Positions 47,009 through 57,486 of a stretch of 64,000 nucleotides of DNA are shown here, in pieces. Both the position numbers and the translations under genes were made by a program. Under the pieces are notes generated by a model, which made no database searches, had not been told where the DNA came from, and saw only the letters and a list, made by a program, of their open reading frames with translations. Each line of letters opens with the position of its first letter. Positions within the stretch are counted from its first letter, which is position 1. The DNA lies in contig JAKFBU010000030.1 of NCBI GenBank assembly GCA_036676985.1, positions 7,166 to 71,165 on the forward strand. The letters are read 5' to 3'. The stretch comes from Candidatus Sericytochromatia bacterium (GTDB taxonomy: Bacteria > Cyanobacteriota > Sericytochromatia > S15B-MN24 > UBA4093).

Positions 47009-47670
47009 CGGAGGTCAGGCGCATCAGGGTGCGCGAGCGCGGTGCGACGCTCCCTGCCCTGCAGCGCGAACACGTGGCGAATGATGCAGCTGCGCCGCCC
47101 ATCGGACATGGGGTCGAAGGCGATGCCAAGCGAGTACTCGGTGCCCCCACGGCTGAAATGGGGAACGCAGTGCCTGACGGTTCCCTCGAACTGCATCTCG
47201 CCGGCATCCGGGAGGTCGAGGGTCACCCGCACCTGCACCCCTGTCCGGACCGCCATCATGAAGACCACCGCGCAGCCCCCGCCCGACAGGTTCTTCAGGG
47301 GGGCCGCCGCGGGCGGCAGGAAGCGCCCCTCGGACTCGTGAAACACCTCCAGCTTGCAGGTGTCGAGGGTCGGGACGCGCACGTACTCGCGGCGCTGGAT
47401 GCGCTGGCACACGGTGGGCGAGGCGAGGCAGACGCGATCCGGGCTGACGGACCGGACCATGCACTGCAACTCGTAGAGGGCGTCGCGCTCCACCCGCACG
47501 CTCAGCTCCGCCGCCTTGACGGGGATCTTGACCCCGTGGCGCTGGGGGGGATCCACCTCGAAGCCTTCGGGGCTCACGGCCAGCACCTTCGCCTCGCACG
47601 GAACGAGGCGCTCCGAGACCGGCACCAGGAGGCAGACGGGTTGTTCCGCGAACAGCTTGACGCGTTGCAT
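47005..47670 (-). CDS. PilZ-domain c-di-GMP receptor, YcgR-like (PilZN-like + PilZ)
   Basis: 221 aa from ATG 47670, 5 nt after the phosphatase stop. PilZ motifs QRREYVR (RRxxxR) and NLSGGG (D/NxSxxG). Only the 3' 666 nt of ORF 47005..48354 is used. Confidence 0.82.
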   Translation of the reverse strand: MQRVKLFAEQPVCLLVPVSERLVPCEAKVLAVSPEGFEVDPPQRHGVKIPVKAAELSVRVERDALYELQCMVRSVSPDRVCLASPTVCQRIQRREYVRVPTLDTCKLEVFHESEGRFLPPAAAPLKNLSGGGCAVVFMMAVRTGVQVRVTLDLPDAGEMQFEGTVRHCVPHFSRGGTEYSLGIAFDPMSDGRRSCIIRHVFALQGRERRTALAHPDAPDLR

Positions 47671-47675
47671 GGAGG

Positions 47676-50111
47676 CTACCTGCAACCGAGCGCGAGGGAG
47701 GCATCGCGCATCACCACCAGGACCGTCATGTCGTCGAACGGCTGGGCCTCGCCCACAAAGGCCTCGACGCCCGCGAAGATCGCCGCGCGCAGCGCCTCCG
47801 CGTCCGCCCAGGGTCCCGCCGACACCAGCTCGATCAGCCGCTCCTCGCCGAATTCCTCGCCGGCGGCGTTGCGGGCCTCGGTGATGCCGTCGGTGTAGAG
47901 CACGATCGCCTCTCCCGGCGCGAGCTCGAGGTCCTGGCGCGCCAGCCGCCCGTTGAAGAGATCCGCGTCCAGGCCCAGCGCCACCCCCTGGGCCCACCTC
48001 GGCGTGACGCCGTCCGGGCGCACGTGCAGGGCGGGGGGATGACCGGCACATGCGAAGCTCGCACGGCCTGTGGCCGGATCCAGCGCGAGGAAGAAGGCCG
48101 TCACGTAGTTGCAGTCTCGGAGGTCCGAGCCGATCGTCGCGTTGACCTGCTTGAGGCCGGCGACCGGATCGGTGCAGCCGCCCAAGAGGGCCCGCACGGC
48201 CATGTGGGTCACGGCCATGTAGAGCGCCGCGGACACGTTCTTGCCCGAGACGTCCCCGATGAACAGGCCCAGGGGGCCCGCCGGGGCGTGAAGCACCTCG
48301 AACAGGTCCCCCCCGACCTCCATCGCGGGCAGGCAGCGGGCCGCCAGGGACCATCCGGGAATGGCCGGCAGCTCGGCGGGCAAGAGGCCCATCTGGATGT
48401 CCCGCGCGATGCGCAGCTCGGCGTCCATCTTCTCCTTCTGCTGGATGGCCGCCACGTAGAGGGCGTTCTGAACCGAGAGGGCGGTCTGGCCGGCGATGGC
48501 CACGAGCAGGTCCAGGTCCTGCGAGCCGAACGAGCGGGTCACGTAGTTGGAGCTCACGTAGAGCAGGCCGATCAGCTCATCCTTGACGATCATGGGCACG
48601 CACATGACGCTCTGGAGGTTGAGGGCCATGACGCTGGTGGTCTGGGTCGACGCATCGGCGCCCGTGTCCAGGATGCACAGGGGCTGGCGCGTCTCGAGGA
48701 CCTTGTTGGCAAAGGTATAACTGATCTCGAGCCCCTCCACGGGGTGGCCCTGGCGATTGAGGCCATAGCGACAGTGCAGGCCTTCTTCCGCCGGCAGGAT
48801 GACGAAGCCCGTATCCGCGTCGGTCAGCGACAGGGTGTGCTCCAGGAGCAACCGCAGGACCTGGTCGAGGTTCAGCGAGGAGGCGACCGCCTTGCCCAGC
48901 TCGTTGAGCGTGTCGAGGCGGCGGGCCTGCGAGGCTCCTTCCTGGCGCAGGGCCGCGATCCGGCGCAGCTCCAGCAACCACGAGACGAGCTCGCGGTAGG
49001 GGGCGGTTTGGTGCTCGACCTGAGCGGGATCGGCCGGGGCCTCCAGGCAGATCCCGAGCTTTGCGGTCTCGTCGCCCCGCTCGACGCGGATCGGCACGAT
49101 GACGCGCCCTTGATCGACGAGGGGAGCGCCCTGGGCGTGGGCCCGACCGAGCTGGATCGCATAAGGCTCCGCCTTCGCGCCGGTGGCGCAGAGGACGCGC
49201 CACGCTCCGTCTTCCTCGATCAGCAGGGCCCCGGAGGCGGCTCGGGTCGCGCCGAGCACCAAGCCGAGCAGATCCTGCTGCATCGCCTCGATCTCGTCGG
49301 CCGGGTTCGGGGCGTCCAGGAGAGCCTGCAAGAGGCCCCGCAGCCGCTCCGAGAGCCCGACCGCGGACAGGGACGTCTCCGGGGTGTCCGGGCCGGGGCT
49401 TGCGACCTGGAGGGCGACGGCGCTCGCGTTGTCCTGGCTCCCGTGCGCGATCGCCTCTTCCAGGGCGGCCCCCAGTTGTCGCTCCAGCTCCGCGGCGCCG
49501 CAGAGGTCGCGCAGCGAGTCGGTCCCCAGGGTCGAGTAGAAGCCGTCGGAGCACAGCAAGAGCATGTCGCCCGGCTCCAGCTCGAGCGTCTGGTGGGCGA
49601 TCTTGGGGGCCTCCTCCTTGCCCAGGTAGCGCAGGAGGGTCTTGCGCGCCGGATGGCCGAGCGCCTGCTCGGGCGTGAGCTGCTTGGTCTTCACGAGCTG
49701 GGTTGCGAGGGTATGGTCTTCAGTCAACTGCCGGACCTCGCCCCCCCGGATCAGGTAGGCACGAACCTCGCCCAGGTGGTAGAGGTCCAGGTCCTCGCCC
49801 TGCACGACGGCGACGGCGACGGTGGCCCCCATCCCCTTGCGCTCGGGGTGCTCGGCGATCTCCTGGCGGATCCGGGCGTTGGCTGCGAGGAGCGCGGGCT
49901 CGATCGCGGCCCCGGCCGCGAGGCTCGCCACCACCAGCTCGCTCGCGAGGTCGCCCCGGCCGGGGCCGCCGATCCCGTCTCCGACGGCGAAGATGCCGCG
50001 CTCCGGCGCGACCCAGACGAAATCCTCATTCAGCGCCCGGAGGCCGGCCGAGGTAACCGCGGCATGCGTCATGGGCGGAGAGATCCGCTGTGCCGTAACA
50101 GGAGCCTGCAT
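47676..50111 (-). CDS. Double phosphatase: N-terminal PP2C (PPM Ser/Thr phosphatase) - GAF - GAF - C-terminal SpoIIE/RsbU-type PP2C
   Basis: 811 aa.
- aa 14-236 (nt 49404-50072): LNEDF, GDGIGGPG, CSDGF, GSQDNAS.
- aa ~260-560: two GAF-like segments.
- aa 568-811 (nt 47679-48410): IARDIQMGLLP, VGGDLFEV, GDVSGKNVSAAL, AGHPPAL, LYTDGITEA, FDDMTVLVV. Confidence 0.88.
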   Translation of the reverse strand: MQAPVTAQRISPPMTHAAVTSAGLRALNEDFVWVAPERGIFAVGDGIGGPGRGDLASELVVASLAAGAAIEPALLAANARIRQEIAEHPERKGMGATVAVAVVQGEDLDLYHLGEVRAYLIRGGEVRQLTEDHTLATQLVKTKQLTPEQALGHPARKTLLRYLGKEEAPKIAHQTLELEPGDMLLLCSDGFYSTLGTDSLRDLCGAAELERQLGAALEEAIAHGSQDNASAVALQVASPGPDTPETSLSAVGLSERLRGLLQALLDAPNPADEIEAMQQDLLGLVLGATRAASGALLIEEDGAWRVLCATGAKAEPYAIQLGRAHAQGAPLVDQGRVIVPIRVERGDETAKLGICLEAPADPAQVEHQTAPYRELVSWLLELRRIAALRQEGASQARRLDTLNELGKAVASSLNLDQVLRLLLEHTLSLTDADTGFVILPAEEGLHCRYGLNRQGHPVEGLEISYTFANKVLETRQPLCILDTGADASTQTTSVMALNLQSVMCVPMIVKDELIGLLYVSSNYVTRSFGSQDLDLLVAIAGQTALSVQNALYVAAIQQKEKMDAELRIARDIQMGLLPAELPAIPGWSLAARCLPAMEVGGDLFEVLHAPAGPLGLFIGDVSGKNVSAALYMAVTHMAVRALLGGCTDPVAGLKQVNATIGSDLRDCNYVTAFFLALDPATGRASFACAGHPPALHVRPDGVTPRWAQGVALGLDADLFNGRLARQDLELAPGEAIVLYTDGITEARNAAGEEFGEERLIELVSAGPWADAEALRAAIFAGVEAFVGEAQPFDDMTVLVVMRDASLALGCR

Positions 50112-50289
50112 TGCGTCGCCTACCTTAACTGCGCCCCGAACAGCGGGGCGTGCCCGATCTGGATGCCCGCCCCGCGTCCACGTGATGCGCGGCGGAGGGG
50201 GGCGAACCTATTTTATAGCGAAACGCGGCGAGGGTATATAGCATGGGAGCATCGCCCTCGCGCCCGGTCGCCATGTCACGACAGCAGAA

Positions 50290-51990
50290 ATGGACGTTAT
50301 GACCCGCAACTCTCCCGCTCGGCCGTCCGGCCAGCCCCGCCCCTACGCCACGGCGTTCCAGGACCTGGCTGCGGCCTTCAGCGCCTCCACCCTGGCCGCG
50401 AACGGCAGCCGGGCCCTGTCGCCCCTCAAGCTGCCGGAGCGCCCATGGACGCCGCTCGACCTGGATACGGTCCTGCTGGATGTCCTGAGCAAGGTGGCCC
50501 AGATCGCCAAGGCCGATCGCGGCTTCATCTCCCTGGTCGACGAGTCCGGAGGGCCGATTTACTCATTGGTTCTCGGGGGCACGGGCGACGTCCATACGCT
50601 GTTCCCGTACTGCACCACCCTGCTGCAGGACGTGATGACCGAACGCAGGCCCCTCTGGATCGACGACGCCCAGCGTCACCCCCTCTTGCAGCACTCCGAC
50701 AGCGTCTTCGAGCTCGGGCTGAGAAACTTGATCGTCTTGCCGCTCCTGCTGTCGGAGGTGGTGGTGGGCGTCATCTACATGGACCGGAGCTCCCTCGAAG
50801 AGCGGCTCACCCCCTCGGATCACGCGATCCTCGAGAGCTTCGCGACCTACGCGGCCCTGGCCGTCCACAGCGTGTGGGCCAACAACGAGATGTCCGCCCG
50901 CGTTCGGAAGCTCCAGCTCATCAACGAGGTCTCCCTGGCGATCAGCGCCACCCGCAAGATCGAGCGCCTGCTCTCGTTGATTCTCCAGCACTGCTTGTCG
51001 CTCTCCGGCGGCGACCAGGGCTACATCCTGCTGGGCACCCACGGCGACCTCAAGTGTCTCGCCAGCCTGGACAGCTCCGGGCAGCCGGTGGAAACCCTCG
51101 CGATCAGCCGCAGCATCGTCTCGCGCTGCATCGACGAGCGACGCGCGATCTGCATCCTCGATACGGGCCTGGACGCGGCCAACCAGACGGCCAGCGTGAT
51201 GGCGCTCGACTTGCGATCGGTCATCTGCGTCCCATTGGTGGCGAGCCAGCAGCAGCTCGGTGCGCTGTACATCAGCAGCAACGCCATCACCAAGACCTTC
51301 ACGGCCCAGGATCAGTCCCTGCTGGAGGCGATCGCGAACCAGGCGGCCCTCACCATCCAGAACGCCCAGTTGCTCGACGAGCAGGAGCGCCAGATCCATG
51401 AACTGGAGCGGGCCCTCCAGCTGGTCCACGAGGCTCAGATCAAGGCCGTGACGGACGGATTGACGGGGCTCTTCAACCATCGCTTCTTCAAGGAGCAGTT
51501 GATCAACGCCCTGGCGGAGGCCGAGCGCTACGGCACGCCGCTCAGCGTCATCATGGTGGACCTGGACCACTTCAAGCGGATCAACGACACCTACGGCCAC
51601 CAGACGGGCGACGAGGTGCTCCGCCAAGCCAGCGCGTGCCTTCGCCAGACGGTCCGCGACAGCGACATCGTGGCGCGGTATGGCGGGGAGGAACTGGCCG
51701 TCTTGCTGCCCCATACCGACGCCGCCGGGGGCGCCTTGGCCGCCGAACGGATCCGCGAGGCCATTGCCGCCATGGCCTTGACGACGATCGCGGGCGAGCC
51801 CTTCACCGTCACGGCGAGCTTGGGCGTCGCCTCGCTGAGGGAGGGTTCGACCGCCGTCGAGCTGCTGGAACGTGCGGACAAGGCCCTCTACTCGGCCAAG
51901 CACGGCGGGCGCAATCAGGTGGGACTGGATGATCCGGCGGCCGCCACGAGCCTGAATCCCGCTCCGGAGAAACCTCCGAGCGGCTCCTAG
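50290..51990 (+). CDS. GAF-GAF-GGDEF diguanylate cyclase (GGEEL variant, RxxD I-site present)
   Basis: 566 aa with two GAF segments, then DGLTGLFNHRFF, VDLDHFKRINDTYGH, RDSD (51655-51666), YGGEEL (51679-51696) and ALYSAKHGGRNQV. Confidence 0.88.
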   Translation: MDVMTRNSPARPSGQPRPYATAFQDLAAAFSASTLAANGSRALSPLKLPERPWTPLDLDTVLLDVLSKVAQIAKADRGFISLVDESGGPIYSLVLGGTGDVHTLFPYCTTLLQDVMTERRPLWIDDAQRHPLLQHSDSVFELGLRNLIVLPLLLSEVVVGVIYMDRSSLEERLTPSDHAILESFATYAALAVHSVWANNEMSARVRKLQLINEVSLAISATRKIERLLSLILQHCLSLSGGDQGYILLGTHGDLKCLASLDSSGQPVETLAISRSIVSRCIDERRAICILDTGLDAANQTASVMALDLRSVICVPLVASQQQLGALYISSNAITKTFTAQDQSLLEAIANQAALTIQNAQLLDEQERQIHELERALQLVHEAQIKAVTDGLTGLFNHRFFKEQLINALAEAERYGTPLSVIMVDLDHFKRINDTYGHQTGDEVLRQASACLRQTVRDSDIVARYGGEELAVLLPHTDAAGGALAAERIREAIAAMALTTIAGEPFTVTASLGVASLREGSTAVELLERADKALYSAKHGGRNQVGLDDPAAATSLNPAPEKPPSGS

Positions 51991-52571
51991 ATGTCTTTTC
52001 GCTCGGCCCACTTGCGGCCTAGATCGGGCACCTGGTAGCGCTCCAGCCGATCCAGGAGGCGTCGCGGATCGGGCTCCAAGCACAGGAGGGCCTGGTGCGA
52101 CTCGGGGATGAAGCCCTCGGCCACACCCCGCTCCACCAGGGCCAGGAGGGGATCGTAGTAGCCCTCCACGTCCAGCAGGCCGACGGCCTTGCGGTGGATG
52201 CCCAGCTGCCCCCAGGTCACCACTTCGAAGAGCTCTTCGAACGTGCCGAAGCCCCCCGGCATGGCGATGAAGGCGTCCGACTTGGCCGCCATGAGGGCCT
52301 TGCGCTCGTGCATGGTGCCGACCACATGCAGCTCGGTCAGGCCGCGATGGGATAGCTCGCGCGACACCAGGGCCTCGGGGATGACGCCGATGACCTCGCC
52401 GCCCCGCGCGAGCACCTCGTCCGCGATGGCGCCCATCAGCCCGACGCTGGCCCCACCGTACACCAGGCCATAGCCCCGCTCCACAAGAGCGGCCCCCAGC
52501 TCCCGGGCGGCCTCCAGGTAGGCGTCGCGCGCCCCCGGCTTCGATCCACAAAACACGCACACGCGCTGCAT
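51987..52571 (-). CDS. LOG family protein (TIGR00730; cytokinin riboside 5'-monophosphate phosphoribohydrolase-like)
   Basis: 194 aa with VYGGASVGLMG and MPGGFGTFEELFE motifs. Confidence 0.9.
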   Translation of the reverse strand: MQRVCVFCGSKPGARDAYLEAARELGAALVERGYGLVYGGASVGLMGAIADEVLARGGEVIGVIPEALVSRELSHRGLTELHVVGTMHERKALMAAKSDAFIAMPGGFGTFEELFEVVTWGQLGIHRKAVGLLDVEGYYDPLLALVERGVAEGFIPESHQALLCLEPDPRRLLDRLERYQVPDLGRKWAERKDI

Positions 52572-52715
52572 GAAAGGTCCTTCTTCCCACCGTATCCGCC
52601 GGCTTCCGTCCGGCCCGCATCGCCGCCCGGCATCGGTCCTCCGGGCGCCGCGAATCCACCATTATTCCACACGCGGACGGTCAAACGACCTACTCAATAT
52701 TCCGTTACACTTTCC

Positions 52716-52744
52716 TTGACCCGGGGCTCCCGCAGGCGTACAGT
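52716..52744 (+). promoter_or_regulatory. Sigma70-like promoter candidate for the gap operon
   Basis: TTGACC (52716-52721), a 17-nt spacer, then TACAGT (52739-52744). TAGGAGG RBS before the ATG at 52783. Confidence 0.4.
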
Positions 52745-52758
52745 TAAGCGAGGGATAA

Positions 52759-53802
<1,044 letters not shown>

Positions 53803-53805
53803 GCC

Positions 53806-55008
53806 ATGGCGAGCAAGAAGAGCGTCGCGGACCTCGGTCCGCAAGATCTCAAGGACAAGCGGGTGCTGGTCCGGGCGGACTTCAACGTCCCCATGGACGA
53901 TGGCCGGATCACGGACGACACCCGCATCCGCGCCACCTTGCCCACCATCAAGTACCTGACGGACCGGGGCGCCAAGGTTCTCTTGACGTCCCACCTCGGC
54001 CGTCCCAAGGGCAAGACCCCCGAGCTGACGCTTCAGCCGGTGGCCAAGCGCCTGGGCGAGCTCCTGGGCCAGGACGTGCGCATGGCGCCCGACGCCATCG
54101 GCCCCGAGGTCCAGAAGCTCGCCGAGGACCTCAAGCCCGGAGATGTCCTCCTCCTCGAGAACATCCGCTTCTACCCGGAAGAGGAGAAGAACGACCCCGC
54201 GTTCGCCAAGCAGCTCGCCTCCGAGGCGGACCTCTACGTGAACGACGCCTTCGGCACCGCCCACCGGGCGCATGCCTCCACGGCCGGGGTCGCCGAGTAC
54301 CTGCCCGCGGTCGCGGGCCTCTTGCTCGACAAGGAGATCTCGGTGATGGGCAAGGCCCTCTCGAACCCCGAGCGGCCCTTCGTCGCCATCATCGGCGGCT
54401 CCAAGGTCTCGAGCAAGATCGGCGTCATCGAGAACCTGATCGGCAAGGTCGACACGCTCGTCATCGGCGGCGGGATGATCTTCACCTTCTTCAAGGCCCA
54501 GGGCCTCGAGGTCGGGCGATCGCTCGTCGAAGCGGACAAGCTGGAGCTCGCCCGCGAGCTCATGACCAAGGCCGCCGCCAGCGGGACCACGCTCCTGCTG
54601 CCCGTGGACGTCCTCGTCGCCCCCGACATCAAGGCCGCTAAGGCCAGTGCCGTGGTCGACGTCGACAAGATCCCGCCCACCGAGATGGGCGTGGACATCG
54701 GCCCCAAGTCCATCGAGGCCATCCGCCGGGCCCTCGGCGACTCCAAGACGATCGTCTGGAACGGTCCCATGGGCGTCTTCGAGAACCCGGCCTTCGCCGA
54801 GGGGACCCGGGCCGTGGCCCAGTTCGCGGCGGAGCGGACCGAGAAGGGCGCCACCACCATCGTGGGCGGCGGCGACTCGGTGGCGGCCATCGAGCAGATG
54901 GGCCTCGCCGACAGGTTCACCCACGTTTCGACCGGCGGCGGCGCCTCGCTCGAGTTCCTCGAAGGGCTCGAGCTCCCGGGCGTCGCGGCCCTGAGTGAGA
55001 AAGCATGA
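53806..55008 (+). CDS. pgk: Phosphoglycerate kinase
   Basis: 400 aa with [15 protein letters not shown] and GGGDS motifs. Confidence 0.95.
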   Translation: MASKKSVADLGPQDLKDKRVLVRADFNVPMDDGRITDDTRIRATLPTIKYLTDRGAKVLLTSHLGRPKGKTPELTLQPVAKRLGELLGQDVRMAPDAIGPEVQKLAEDLKPGDVLLLENIRFYPEEEKNDPAFAKQLASEADLYVNDAFGTAHRAHASTAGVAEYLPAVAGLLLDKEISVMGKALSNPERPFVAIIGGSKVSSKIGVIENLIGKVDTLVIGGGMIFTFFKAQGLEVGRSLVEADKLELARELMTKAAASGTTLLLPVDVLVAPDIKAAKASAVVDVDKIPPTEMGVDIGPKSIEAIRRALGDSKTIVWNGPMGVFENPAFAEGTRAVAQFAAERTEKGATTIVGGGDSVAAIEQMGLADRFTHVSTGGGASLEFLEGLELPGVAALSEKA

Positions 55009-55778
55009 GCAAGCGCAAGCCGGTCATCGCCGGCAACTGGAAGATGTTCAAGACGACCCAGGAAGCCCGCGACTTCGCGCGCGGGCTCTCCGAGGAGCTC
55101 AAGCGCACGACCGATCCCACGGTGGTGATCTGCCCGCCCTTCACCTCGCTGCACGTGCTCCGCGAGGAGCTCGGCAACACCGAGGTGCAGCTCGGCGCGC
55201 AGAACATGCACTGGATGGACGAGGGCGCCTACACCGGCGAGATCTCGCCCGTGATGCTCCGGGACGCGGGGGCCACCCACGTGATCATCGGGCACTCGGA
55301 GCGGCGCCAGTACTTCCACGAGACGGACGGCACGGTCAACCGCAAGGTCCAGGCCGCCCTCCAGTGGCAGCTCACGCCGATCATCTGCGTCGGTGAGACG
55401 CTCGAGGACCGCGAGGTCCAGCTCACGGACAACGTGATCATCGTCCAGACCCAGCGGGCGCTGTTGAACATCGCCCCGGAGCTGGTCGCGCAGTGCATGT
55501 TCGCGTACGAGCCCGTCTGGGCCATCGGCACGGGCAAGACCTGCGCGTCGGACGAGGCCAACCGGGTCTGCGGCATCATCCGCGAGACGGTGGGCAAGAT
55601 GGCCGGGCCCGAAGTGGCGGATGCCGTGCGCATCCTCTACGGCGGCTCGGTCAAGCCCGAGACGATCGCCGAGCAGATGGCCCAGCCGCACATCGACGGA
55701 GCCCTGGTCGGCGGCGCGAGCCTCGACCCCAAGAGCTTCGGGGCCATCGTCAACTTCCGTTCGGCCGCCGCACGCTAA
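55005..55778 (+). CDS. tpiA: Triose-phosphate isomerase
   Basis: 257 aa with [24 protein letters not shown] and YGGSV motifs. 4-nt overlap with pgk. Confidence 0.95.
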   Translation: MSKRKPVIAGNWKMFKTTQEARDFARGLSEELKRTTDPTVVICPPFTSLHVLREELGNTEVQLGAQNMHWMDEGAYTGEISPVMLRDAGATHVIIGHSERRQYFHETDGTVNRKVQAALQWQLTPIICVGETLEDREVQLTDNVIIVQTQRALLNIAPELVAQCMFAYEPVWAIGTGKTCASDEANRVCGIIRETVGKMAGPEVADAVRILYGGSVKPETIAEQMAQPHIDGALVGGASLDPKSFGAIVNFRSAAAR

Positions 55779-55944
55779 GTCCCCTTCGGGACTGACCTGG
55801 AGACCCTCCCTGGCTGCAGCCGCCCTTCCGGTGGCTTCCCCCCTTCTAGAGGGGGGGCCAGGGGGGGTCCTCCTCTTATCGTCGCACAGTTTTTGGCCCG
55901 CCCGCAGCTTGAAATAGGCTCACGGCGCACGTTAGGGTGAAATC

Positions 55945-57486
55945 ATGAAAAACGGACCGCTCGCACTCATCGTATTGGACGGCTGGGGCATCAACCCGCG
56001 GCCGGAAGGCAACGCGATCGCCATGGCCCAGAAGCCCAACTGGGACCGCTTCATGGCGACCTACCCGTGCGTGCCGATCCCCACGTCGGGCGAGTCGGTC
56101 GGCCTGCCGCCCGGGCAGATGGGCAACTCCGAGGTGGGCCACACCAACATGGGCGCGGGCCGGGTGGTCTACCAGGACCTCGTGCGCATCAACAAATCCA
56201 TCTACGACGGGGACTTCTTCGAGAACCCGGTGCTCGTCGAGGCCATGCAGGCCGCCAAGCGCAAGGGCGGTCGGGTCCACCTCATCGGGCTGGTCTCGGA
56301 CGGCGGCGTCCACAGCTCCCTGGAGCACCTCTACGCCCTCTTGGAGCTCGCGAGCCGCCAGAGCGTCCCCAGCATCTTCGTCCATGCCTTCATGGACGGC
56401 CGGGACACGCCGCCCACCTCGGGCGGGCGCTTCCTGTACGAGCTCGACAAGCGACTGGCCGCCACGAGCGGCGCCCAGCTCGCCACCATCGTCGGCCGCT
56501 ACTACGCCATGGACCGCGACAAGCGCTGGGACCGGGTGGAGCTCGCGTACCGCGCGATGGTGGACGGCGTGGCCGAGCACCATGCCCGTACGGGTTCCGA
56601 GGGCATGTCCGAAGCCTACGCGCGGGGCGAGACCGACGAGTTCATCAAGCCCATCCTCGTGGCCGAGGACGGCCGGATCCGCACGGGCGACACGGTGATC
56701 TTCTTCAACTTCCGGCCGGACCGGGCCCGCGAGATCACCCGGACGCTCATCGACCCCGCCTTCAACGAGTTCGAGCGCCCGAACCAGCCGGACGTGCACT
56801 TCGTGTGCATGACCCAGTACGACGAGAGCTTCAAGCTGCCGCTCGCCTTCGGCCCCCAGAGCCTGGACCGCATCCTGTCCCCGGTGCTGGCGGACGCCGG
56901 CGTGCGCCAGCTGCGCACGGCCGAGACCGAGAAGTACGCGCACGTGACCTTCTTCTTCAACGGCGGGGTCGAGAAGCCCTATCCCGGCGAGGAGCGGGTG
57001 CTGGTGCCGAGCCCCAAGGTGGCGACGTACGATCTGCAGCCGGAGATGAGCGCGTTCCAGGTGGCGGACGTGGCCGAGCAGTGGATCAAGGACGCCAAGG
57101 CGGACGTCATCATCATGAACCTGGCCAACGCGGACATGGTGGGCCACACGGGCAACATGGGCGCGACGGTCAAGGCCATCGAGGCCCTGGACATCTGTCT
57201 GGGCCGGATCATCGGGGCCATCGAGGCCAAGGGGGGCACGGCCCTCATCACGGCGGACCACGGCAACGCCGAGCAGATGTACGATCCGGCCTCCGGCGAG
57301 ATCGTCACCTCGCACACGCTGAACCCGGTGCCCCTCATCCTGGTGGGCGGCCAGGGCGCCAAGCTGCAGAGCGGCCTCTTGTCGGACATCGCGCCGACCA
57401 TGCTCGACCTTCTGGGCATCCCGCAGCCCAAGCAGATGACGGGGCACTCGCTCCTGGTCCGCGAGCCGTCCACGCTGATCAAGTGA
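55945..57486 (+). CDS. gpmI: 2,3-bisphosphoglycerate-independent phosphoglycerate mutase
   Basis: 513 aa with ILDGWG, GNSEVGHTNMGAGR, SDGGVHS, ADMVGHTG and TADHGNAE motifs. Confidence 0.95.
   Translation: MKNGPLALIVLDGWGINPRPEGNAIAMAQKPNWDRFMATYPCVPIPTSGESVGLPPGQMGNSEVGHTNMGAGRVVYQDLVRINKSIYDGDFFENPVLVEAMQAAKRKGGRVHLIGLVSDGGVHSSLEHLYALLELASRQSVPSIFVHAFMDGRDTPPTSGGRFLYELDKRLAATSGAQLATIVGRYYAMDRDKRWDRVELAYRAMVDGVAEHHARTGSEGMSEAYARGETDEFIKPILVAEDGRIRTGDTVIFFNFRPDRAREITRTLIDPAFNEFERPNQPDVHFVCMTQYDESFKLPLAFGPQSLDRILSPVLADAGVRQLRTAETEKYAHVTFFFNGGVEKPYPGEERVLVPSPKVATYDLQPEMSAFQVADVAEQWIKDAKADVIIMNLANADMVGHTGNMGATVKAIEALDICLGRIIGAIEAKGGTALITADHGNAEQMYDPASGEIVTSHTLNPVPLILVGGQGAKLQSGLLSDIAPTMLDLLGIPQPKQMTGHSLLVREPSTLIK

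Noticed and set aside
48024-51401. 1125-aa ORF on the + strand
   Set aside because: Its first two-thirds are antisense to the double phosphatase, and the rest is out of frame with the GGDEF gene. No motifs were found.
55838-55870. C6-loop-G7 hairpin followed by a GGGGGGG tract after tpiA, considered as a terminator or G-quadruplex element
   Set aside because: There is no T-tail and only two to three G-runs are visible. It may be a repeated intergenic element, but a single copy in the window does not support a call.
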